In this document: positions 53,962 to 64,000 of the stretch, one piece after another | Layout: every line of letters starts with the position of its first letter | Numbering within the stretch: position 1 is the stretch's first letter | Source: Eledone cirrhosa | Lineage: Eukaryota | Reading direction: 5' to 3' | Length of the DNA stretch: 64,000 nt | NCBI GenBank assembly: GCA_964016885.1 | Contig: OZ024744.1 | Span: 72,788,001-72,852,000 of the forward strand | Notes under the pieces: model-generated | What the model was told of the DNA's origin: nothing | The model's input: only the letters and a program-made list of their open reading frames with translations | Database searches by the model: none | Position numbers and translations under genes: made by a program

Positions 53962-53965
<4 letters not shown>
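53877..53965. mobile_element. 89-bp hairpin with hammerhead-like core
   Basis: 40-bp arms, 9-nt loop; CTGAAGA-tccc-gttaa-gggt-GAA(G/A). Confidence 0.72.
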
Positions 53966-54012
<47 letters not shown>

Positions 54013-54360
54013 CCTTGTCTTATACCTTAAGATAATCAGTTAGACTAAACTGTATGCTGAAAATTCATGTTAGAAGTCTCCTCCTTTAAATGGCTGATCA
54101 ATTAGACTATGCTGACACTTCTAGCTGATAGCTAATTGGCTTCATAGTGAGGAGTTGTGTTTAGGTATCCATGTTGTTGATAATGATTAAAACATATTAG
54201 ATGTTTTCTAAGCTTGGTTCCTATTTAACAACTCTTGTTTATACATTTGATTGACAAGGAAATTTTGGCTTAGTCTTCTGTAATAATGATTATAGAGTTC
54301 TGATGTTATTTCAGGCCACATTCAGAAGCTTAATGTGGAATTTAAAATGAAAATTGACTG

Positions 54361-54399
<39 letters not shown>

Positions 54400-54860
54400 T
54401 TTTGGTTTTCATTTTTTTTCTCTTTTCTTTTCTTGGTGTTTTTTTTTGTTTTTTTTTTTGTTGAGGGTAAGTGGGTAGATGGGGGGAGGGGGGGGGGGTT
54501 GTACACTTACTTCCCTTTCATTGATGATAAGCTATTTATACCATCAATCTACTCGACATCTACACATAAACTTTTTTTAATTTAACCTTGTACAATACGA
54601 TATAATATTTATCACATGGTTTTTATTTCCGTACTAAAACAATCTCTGCAGGTATGATCATTATTGTTTATTGCAGTTAGATTAGGAATTTCTCTAGGTA
54701 TGTGATTTTACACACTTACTTGCTTGCACACACACACACACACCCACACACATGAACATACCCCCCCCCCCCCTCACCTCCACCCACCCCACATGCACAT
54801 ATATATTCACATGCACATACTCACACATACCCCGCCCCCCCACATGCACATACTCCTGTC

Positions 54861-54903
<43 letters not shown>

Positions 54904-55284
54904 TCCTGTCCACACACACACACGTACTCCTGTTCTCACACACACACACATATGCACATATTCTTGCCGACACATACTCATTCATATACACTTATCTACT
55001 CGTACATACATAGTCAAATAAATGTGTTTTCAAGCATACCTTTTCATGTACATGCACACATGTACACTCATGCTTGCACAAACCCACACACACATACCCA
55101 TGCACATGCCCCCTACATACACACACACACATTTCATCCTACATGTACACAGTGTTACACATTAATTCTATTAGATATTAAATGCAAAAGTAAGGATATA
55201 TATTTTAATGTTAAAGTGAAAATTTAACCTTTCCGTTACCAAATTTCTAATAAAAGACACTGTTTATTATTTTAAAATTATAAT

Positions 55285-56190
55285 TGTTTCTACTTTTTGG
55301 CACAAGGCCAGCAATTATTCCAGTGTATTACTGGTACTTCATTTTATCGACCCCGTAAGGATGAAAGGCAAAGTTAACCTCGGCGAGATTTGAACTCAGA
55401 CCGTAAAGGACCGTAACTCTATGCTGCAAAGCATGGCGTCTGACCCTCTACCGATACTGCCAATCCACCGCCCATTTTAAAATTATAATGAAAATAATTA
55501 AGCATTTGAAGGGATTTACTTATATAACTAATATCTCCATTATTAATTAAGTTGATGCTTGGAGAACAAGTTAACAATGGTTCCTACATATAATTATAAT
55601 GATTTCTACTGTAGGCACAAGGCCAGCAATTTGGTGAGAGGGGAAAGTCGATTAATTCGATCCCAGTGCATTACTGGTGCTTTATTTTAAGGATGAAAGG
55701 CAAAGTTAACCTCGACGTGATTTGAACTCAGAAGGTAAAGGGCCGTAACTCTATGCCGCAAAGCATGTCTGATGCCCTGCCGACCTACTGGCCTTACATA
55801 TAATTATAATTGTTTCTACTTTTGGCACAAGGCCCAGCGATTACCCCAGTGCATTACTGGTACTTTATTTTATCGACCCCGTAAAGATGAACAGCAAAGC
55901 TAACCTTGGCATGATTTGAACTCAGAAAGTAAATGGCCATAACTCTATGCCACAAAACATGGTGTCTGATGCTCTACCGATGCTGCTAATCCACCACCAA
56001 TAATAATGTTTCTACTTTTGGCTCAAGGCCAGCAATTACCCTAGTGCATTACTAGTGGTTTATTTTATTGACCTCGTAAGGATGAACAGCAAAGCTAACC
56101 TCGGCATGATTTAAACTCAGAAAGTAAAGGGCCGTAACCCATGCCGCAAAACATGTTGTCCGACACTCTACTGATACTGCCAATCTACCA
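55285..56190 (-). mobile_element. Cluster of four Meta-like SINEs in the same orientation
   Basis: Copies at ~55285-55473, 55600-55790, 55811-55998 and 56007-56190. The first has a 16-bp TSD attttaaaattataat. Confidence 0.88.
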
Positions 56191-56314
56191 GTCTTATATA
56201 TAATTATAATGGAAGAATTTGAGATAAATATAAATTCTTTTAAATAAATAGTACAACAATATTGTACAACAATTAGCTGTTTCAGGGAGTTTGGTATCAA
56301 AAGGGTGAACAGGT

Positions 56315-56527
56315 TTAACCCTTTAGCATTTACATTACTCTATATTTAGTATTATATTTCTACTGTAAAGGCTTTATCTCACATAATAATGAATCTATGA
56401 GATTTTGATATTTATTTTGAAAACAATACCTTGACATAAGTATGAGTGGTCAGTTATGGCTGGTTTGAACAGAAAGAGGTGAGAGAATGTTGGTTGGATA
56501 CAGCTGGTTTAAATGCTAAAGGGTTAA
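56315..56527. mobile_element. TTAA MITE
   Basis: Intact TIRs flanked by TTAA. Confidence 0.92.
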
Positions 56528-56679
56528 TGGAGGAAATAAAAGACATTTAATGAGTGAAACAAGTATGAATGAACATTATAAATGCTATAAGCTGGACATG
56601 TTTGTCTGTTTTTATGTTGATTGCTTTAACTATGTATTACTGAATTTTCAAGCTAATATCAGTCTATTATATTTATTGC

Positions 56680-56968
56680 TGGGGACCATGATGCTTGGCA
56701 TCAGACTGTCTGCAAGGGCATCGCAGATGCTGATGCGAAAAGGGGTCAATTTGCAGCAGAAAAGAGGGACCAAAAAAGTGCATTGCAGACATACTGACAA
56801 CCCAGGATTGTACAAATATCTGCAACAAGTCCAACAAGGACTGTCACTCACACATTGGTCTGCACAGCAATGACAAACAATGCCAAAGACAAGCTATAAC
56901 TCCTGGCACATTAAGCATGGTCTCCCAAGACTGAGCTACCAATGAATGAATGAATGAATGAATGAATA
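56680..56968 (+). mobile_element. 3' end of another RTE-type LINE with C-terminal zinc-finger remnant and (GAAT)n tail
   Basis: Peptide DHDAWHQTVCKG...ICNKSNKDCHSHIGLHS. Confidence 0.65.
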
Positions 56969-57237
56969 AATTCATTTATACATACTTTTGCTTTTGCTTT
57001 ACAAAATATTCAACTGTGTAAAAAGACTAGGCTGCTGAGCACATGGATTTTAGCTTCAAACCATGCTACTAAAACTGATGTTATTAATCCTTTGAGCAAT
57101 GCACATTGATTTTCTTACCTGGTTTAACCTGACAAGACCTGTTATGCACTAACTGACTAACATTCAGTTGTAAAATATCATTGTTCTAGCAGAAAAATGA
57201 CTGATTCTTATGTTAACATAGGTAAAATCAGATGTCA

Positions 57238-57545
57238 TCTTCTTCTTTGCCCACTTATTCCTGAGAGGGTCATGGGGGAATACTCCTCATACACTCCTTC
57301 CAGCGGGTCCTGTCAGAAGCAACTGTCTCCAACTGATCCGGCTGGATCCCCAAACATGACCAGCCAAGCTGATGGATGTTATCCAACCATCTTGCTTGGG
57401 GGTCTATCCCTGGGTCTCCAACCTGTTGGTTTTGCCCGTCAAATCTGTCTAGTGATTATTTCCTGAGGCGTTCTAACCACATGCCCATAGTATCGGAGCT
57501 GTGATCTATCAATTCGGAGAAGTAGTGGCTCTACCTGGAGTGACT
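57238..57545 (-). mobile_element. RTE subfamily D 3' fragment
   Basis: Matches 25381-25680. Confidence 0.85.
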
Positions 57546-58181
57546 CAGATGTGAGATGCAAAAGAAAGAAAAGAAAAAAAAAACTCTCTTTTCTCTCCTA
57601 TTCTTCATTTTGTCTGTAGGTCTGTAGTCATACATTGGAATTTTCTGTTACATGAAATTCGAAAATGTCAGCCTGGTCTGTAGAATGATGATGGCATGTT
57701 TAGTTTTAGTTTACAAGAACATTTTTTTAAGTTATGGTTTAATTTTTCTGTATTATATTAAAAAGCCTCTTTTGTTAATTCCAGGTTCATATTTTATTAC
57801 ATGATATTAATATCTAATCTGAATTTACCAATAATAAATTAGCTTCAGACTTATTGAAATAAATTGAAATAGAGAAATAACCTTCCCCTCGCTCTCAGAT
57901 TGAATCATTTATCAAAAATATTACATCTCTTGACACTAATCTTTTAGCTTTTAAATGATACGATATTACCATTATAAAATTCTTCAAATTATATTTAGTT
58001 TGTCATCTCACATGAAATCCATATTGATTGATTTCTCAGTTTTATGTATGTCTATATGTGTGTTTCTATCTCTCTGATGATAATGACAATGATGATGATG
58101 ATGATGATGATGAGCGAAGCATGTGTATTCTGTCAGCCAGATATATATGTATATATATTCACTTTATTAAGGTTAAATAGT

Positions 58182-58262
58182 GAGTTTTGTTACTCTGGAG
58201 TTTCACCTATTTATCACAGGATCAACAAAAAGAACTGGAGAAACTCTAGAGTAACAAAACTC
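58182..58262. mobile_element. Short fold-back element with hammerhead stem-III motif
   Basis: 23-bp arms; GAAACTC(T/C)AGAGTA on both strands. Confidence 0.6.
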
Positions 58263-58341
58263 TACTTCAGTATTGAGTACGCTTTTTTCTCAGCCATCAA
58301 CTACACACATATACATACATATACATGTTTATATATACATA

Positions 58342-58714
58342 CATCATCATCATTTTACGTCCGCTTTTCCCTGCTTGCAAGGGTGGGACGGGAACTGATT
58401 ATGGCTTGATTTCTACAGCTGGATGCCTTCCTAACACCAACCTCATTTACAGTGAGTGCTGGGTGCTTTTTTGCCGTGGCGCCTACACGTCCCCTTTACA
58501 GTGTGGGCTGGTGCGTTTTTGCCGTGGCACCTCCATGACCACTTTGCAGTGGAATGATAGGGACCCCAGTCCCTATCATCTCATTTTTACAGCTGAGTAA
58601 ACTGGAACAATGTGAAATAAAGTGTCTTGCTCAAGGAAACAACACATGACCCGGTCTGAGAATTGAACTCACAACCTTTTGATTGCAAGGCCAATGCTCT
58701 AACCACTAAGCCAT
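58342..58714 (-). mobile_element. CORE-type SINE with RTE-derived tail, near full length
   Basis: Reverse complement of the 18466 family, with two 48-bp units. Confidence 0.87.
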
Positions 58715-59167
58715 ACATATATATAAATATATCATCATTGTTCAACGTCCGTTTTCCCTGCTAACATGGGTTGGATGGGGCTACTGACCTCCCAGACAGG
58801 CCAAAGAGTCTACATCTTATATAATCATACATTCCATAACGTGCAGAGAAGTTGATATAAACTAATTTGCTCCTGCCAACCCTTTGTTTGGCAACTTTCT
58901 ACAGCTGGATGCTCTTCCGAACACCAACCACTTTACAGCATGTACTGGGTGCATATATCGTTTAAATCAGCAACACTATAGAGGTTGTCATGTCCGTGAC
59001 ACCACTAAAGGGTCCTCTCAACCATTTGTATGGCAGGTTTTCTACCTATGGCTGGATGCCCTTCCTAACAACCAACTATTTTGCAGTGTGTACTGGGTGT
59101 GTTTTTTGTGTAGATCACCAACACCGGAGAAGTTGTTGCATCTTTGAATATATATATATATATATAC

Positions 59168-59202
<35 letters not shown>

Positions 59203-59299
59203 CATGTAAAAGGTAAACAGAAATAACAAAAATAACAAAACAAACGGCACAGTACATAGAAAAAATATATTAGTTTAACGCTTGAAATCGCAGAAAGAG

Positions 59300-59335
59300 T
59301 CTTTACATTTTGGGCACTAGTCCTTCATCAGAAGA
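59300..59335 (-). ncRNA. Degenerate minimal hammerhead-like motif (PLE pLTR remnant)
   Basis: Minus strand reads tctt-CTGATGA-a-ggac-tagt-gccc-AAAA-tgt-a-aaga. Restoring two CpGs gives GAAACGTA. Confidence 0.5.
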
Positions 59336-60410
59336 TTGAGTTAAAAATAGAAGATAAATAGAAAGTAAAAAGTGATCAGAGGAAAGAATAGGGAAAATGA
59401 GAAAAAAAATTTGGGAGAAAAAACAAAGACGTGCATATTTAGTCAACTATCTTGGTGAGGGGATGTCTTTATCATCATACTGTCTCTTGTTTGCTTTACT
59501 TTAAATGGGTTAAGAACCAATTTATTAGGGTTTTAGCTTGTAGCAGACACAGGTGTTTATGAAATCTTAATTAAGAATATATTACATAAATTACATAAAC
59601 TAATAAATAACAAAATAAGGTAATCCATAAAGCAATAATTAATATAAAAAAACCCTCAGACATCAAATATTCCTATGAAGTTTATATATCTGTAATTAAA
59701 CACTTAATGTGCCTACATTAGATTAGGTGTGGTACTACTATTAATGAACTAATTGCAGACTGTATGCAATCTAAGTCCTCAACTTGTTATCTTTGGCAAT
59801 AACAAAGAGACTATTCATAAACATTTATCCATTGTTATTTAGTATATATTAGTAACAAAAACAAAAGGACAGTCTCTTTATATTCTCCTGTCAAATATTA
59901 AGTTAGACTAGTTAGTTTACCATTGCTATTTTCTTTAGAGTACAACTGTGACATATTTTTAGAAATACTATTTAAAAACAAAAAAACCCCAAAAACCCTC
60001 TCCAAAAAACATGAACTTCACACCAGTACACACACGTGTTTACACATTCAGACATATCGACACACATGCATCAGTACATATACATTATACAACTGTACAC
60101 CATAGGAGACTTTATGACTGGTGCCAAAGTTTAGTCCATGATGTAAGAATGTTTTTATAGCACAACAAACCTCACTTCACAGATTAGCTCTGTGTTTATT
60201 AAGTGGGGGTATTATTCCATTTTTTTTTGTTTTGTTTATTTTTGCTTTCATTCTTCTTCATATTTTTTTTTAATCTTCAGAAATGAATACTCTACCTGTC
60301 TGTTAGTTTATTCTTGGTTTACTCTGTCTCAGCCAGTTTGTCTACAAATCTAACAATCATAGCATATGTATGTATATCTAGATATCTATTCATATATATG
60401 CGCATATATG

Positions 60411-63136
60411 TCATCATCATCATCATCATCATCACTGTTATACGTCCGTTCTTCCACGCTAGCATGGGTTAGACGGGTTGTACTGTTGTGGGCAGTGTCT
60501 GGTCGGCTGACCATGCCTTGCTCATACAGGAACTGATTTGGCTTGATTTCTACAGCTGGATGCCCTTCCTAACACCAACCTCATTTACAGTGAGTGCTGG
60601 GTGCTTTTTCGTGGGGCCTACACGTCCACTTTACAGTGTGGGCTGGGTGCTTTTTTGCCGTGGCACCTCCACGACCACCTTGCAGTCGGGAGTGTGGGGG
60701 CATATTGTCTATATGCTTCAGCTTGTAGCCATAGGAGGTCGGGTACTCTGTATTACTGCGTGACGCCAGAGGTCACGGTCGTGTGTCATCGTCTTTGAGA
60801 GGTGTAATTGGGTAAGGTTGGCTTTTATCACCTCATTCCAGGTCATCTTGGGTCTCCCCACTCCGCGGTTTCCATCGACTTCTAGTGCTCTGCACCTTTT
60901 TATGCAGCTGTCATCCTTCATACGCATCACATGTCCATACCAACGCAACCGCCTCTCCTGCACACAGCATTTGATTCCGCTTATGCTCAGTCTCTCTCTC
61001 AATTCATTTATGCTTTGTCGTTCGCGTATATTACTATTACACATCCATCGGAGCATGCAGGCTTCGTTTCTCTCTAATCTACGTAAGTCTTTCACCTTCA
61101 GCGCCCAGGTCTCACTACCATGGAACATCACTGTTCGGATACACGCATCATACAGTCTGCCTTTCATTTTGAGGGAGAAGCCGTTTGCAGCTAGCAGTGG
61201 TAGTAATTACCTAAACTTCTTCCATCCCGTTCTTACCCTAGTTATTGTACTTTCTGAACACCCACCTCCGCTGCTAATTCGGTCACCTAGGTAGCAGAAG
61301 CTGTCTACTGTTTTTACAGAGCCCTCCCAGAGATTGGTAGTACTTGTTTCCTGTGGCTGTTTGCTGCTTGCTGTCCCAGCACAGCTGCTACATGTGAAGC
61401 CTACATTCTTAATTAAGCTTCCTGAGATCCCGCTACATCTCTTGTGTACCCATTGTTTGCATTTGGGGCAGAGAATGGAGTGCCTACCTACACCTTTCCT
61501 ACATACTGAGCAAGGCCATTTCCCTGAGGGGATCTGGGTTCTGTTTTCTCGTCTACTTACAAGGACCTTAGTCTTCGTCATGTTGACTTTGAGACCCTTT
61601 CTTTCTAGGTCCTGCTTCCAAGTTTGGAATTTCTTCTCTAGTTCTACCATAGATTCAGCTATAAGTGAGAGGTCATCAGCATACAGGAGTTCCCATGGGC
61701 ATCCGGTTTTAAACTCCTCCGTTATTGCCTGCAGAACTATGATGAACAGGAAGGGGCTAAGAACAGAGCCCTGGTGGACCCCAACCTGTACGCTAAATTC
61801 CTCGCTATACTCATTGCTAATCCTAACTTTGCTGACTGCTCCCCTATACATGGCTTGTACCGCTTTCACAAGCCATTCATCTACTCCTAGTTTTCTAAGA
61901 GCCCACCAGATTACAGCACGTGGAACTCTGTCAAAGGCTTTCTCAAGGTCGACAAATGCCAGGTAGAGTGGCTTACTTTTAGCTAGGTACTTTTCCTGTA
62001 ACTGCCTGACAAGGAAGAGGGCATCAGTGGTGCCTCTTCCTGGTACAAACCCAAGTTGCATCTTATCTAGTTTCACCTGGTCCCTAATCAACCGTGCTAT
62101 AACTCTTTCTGTTACTTTCATGACCTGGTCCATCAGCTTTATACCTCTATAGTTTCCTCTATCTAGTGCATCACCTTTACCTTTGTAGCAGTTGACAATG
62201 ATGCTACTGCACCAATCTTTTGGTATGACACCTAGCATTACCTGGTTAACAATACGTGTGGTTATAGTGTGACCTACAGACCCAGATGCCTCCAGCATCT
62301 CGGCAGCTATACCCGATGGACCGGTTGCCTCCCCCATCTTCATATCTTTGATTGCCTTACTTACTACGCTGCTGCTGACTTGTACTGCTGGCCCCTCTAT
62401 AGGGTCTACTTGGGGAAGGGTCTCTTCTTCCCATGCATTCTCCTCATTTAGTAATCTATCATAATGACTCTTCCATGCATCTTTCTTCTCAGCACTTGGG
62501 AAGGCAAGCTCACCTTTATCATTCCGGATACACTTCTCTCCAATGACATCACAATTCTCTCTGACACACTGCCTCGCAATCTTGAACACCTCCTGTTTCT
62601 GGTCCTCACGTTGCAAAACATGCTTGAATTTTCTATCCCCTGCTTCCCTACTAGCTAAGTATAGTTGTCGCCTAGCTTCCCTCTTGGTCTCTATGTAATG
62701 TACCCTGCTCCCCCGTTCTTCCATTCTTTCCATGCCTGTCTCTTGGCATTAACTGCCACATCTACCTTATTGTTCCACCACCAAATCACTCTCCTCCTGC
62801 TTGTGGTCTTACTCCAGCCACAGACCTCATCCGTCGCCTCTAGTAAGTTATTTTTTAGGAACTCCCAGTTCTTTTCTACATTGAATGTATCTATCTGTTC
62901 TTCTTTACTGTCGTAGGCGTTGAGTAAAATATCTTTAAATCTGTTACTGGTTGAGGGGTCTTTCAGCTTCCAGATCTTTCTTCTCCAGGTTGGCCTCTGT
63001 TTCCAGGTTCGTCTAGTCCTGACTGTGAGGACGCTGACAACTAAGCTATGTTGGGATGTACATTCCTCACTAGGGAAGGCTTTTGTGTTTACGACCATCC
63101 ATCTCTCACGTCCTCTGATGAGGATAAAATCTATCT
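60411..63136 (-). mobile_element. Longest RTE LINE copy (end of APE domain plus RT), inactive
   Basis: IDFILIR..EECTSQHSLVV (APE end), NYRGIKL, YADD. Frameshift near 62700 and a GAA>TAA stop at 61207-61209; (CAT)n tail. Confidence 0.95.
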
Positions 63137-63493
63137 ATGTGCGGATTTGTATGTATATGTGCATATATATATATATATATATCTCTATATATGTGTGTGT
63201 TTGTTTGTATGTGTGTGATTGTGTGCCTGTGTGTAGGTTTTATGTGTGTGTGTGTTTGAATGTGTGTGTGTGTGTGTTTGTATATATGTGTGTGTATTGA
63301 AAATAAAGTATCGAATCTTATAAAAATCTCAAACACAGAAAATAACTGTAACCACAGTTGGTTACTATAAATAATATGTCAGGGGTTGTTTAACTCAATG
63401 AATTTTATTGAGTTTCATTCTTCATAGTGACTGTTGGTCACTTTTTCCATCTATAGGGGTACTTTACATAATTTTCTAAGCTATTTTTAGCAC

Positions 63494-63587
63494 GACTAGA
63501 ACTTTTTCATTCATATGAAATCATCAAGAATGCCTTCGTCACCATTGGTGAAACAGTTCTAGTCCTGTAGAAACCATTTCTATATTA
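63494..63587. mobile_element. Second, shorter copy of the 11569 fold-back family
   Basis: gactagaact.tttcattcatatgaaatcatcaag ... tgaaacagttctagtcc.gtagaa.ccatttctatatt. Confidence 0.75.
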
Positions 63588-63759
63588 AATAATGATATAT
63601 GTATGTGGCATCCAGCTGTAGAAACCAAGCCAAAATCAGCTCCAGGTTAGCAAAAGATGGTACTCTCACCTGATTCTCTCCCAAAGGGTCAGCCCGTCCT
63701 AGCCATGCTAGCAAAGAAAATGAATGTTAAATGATGATGATGATTATATATATATATAG

Positions 63760-64000
63760 TGGGTAGACCAAGAAAAACCTGGGACGAGGTGATAAAAACT
63801 TACCTTGCCCACCTACACCTCTCTTAGACAAGGACACTGGATCGAGACCTTTGGCGCCATGCAGTTGTACAGAAGACCCGACTACTATTGCATGCAAGCC
63901 TACAGTCAGTCGGCACCTCTTAACTCAATGTACACCCCACCACCACACCCTACCCCACCCTCCCTCTCCCGTTCCATCCACTGTGTCGATGACACAACAG
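63760..64000 (+). mobile_element. RTE subfamily B 3' fragment, cut by the window end
   Basis: Encodes GRPRKTWDEVIK; UTR similar to 21880-21990. Confidence 0.8.

Noticed and set aside
22300-60400. Host protein-coding exons in the unique AT-rich stretches
   Set aside because: No ORF with recognisable non-TE protein features or a convincing splice-flanked exon was seen. Small exons cannot be excluded without RNA data.

Overview
AT-rich eukaryotic non-coding DNA with no recognisable host exon, almost entirely transposable elements and simple repeats. The repeat mix suggests a cephalopod (octopus-like) genome, which is an inference. Contents: many 5'-truncated RTE-clade LINEs from several subfamilies (one carries a PHD-type finger inside the RT); three Penelope-like elements (PLEs) with pseudo-LTRs (pLTRs) bearing hammerhead-like cores; a decayed mariner; two non-autonomous Helitrons; eight copies of a TTAA/piggyBac-type MITE; two tRNA-derived SINE families; CR1, R4/Dong and Tx1-like LINE fragments; and long (TA)n arrays. 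The most notable pattern is a set of about six short ORF-less fold-back elements, each apparently built from two inverted copies of a hammerhead-carrying PLE pLTR. Coordinates of degraded repeats are approximate, and all alignments were made by eye.
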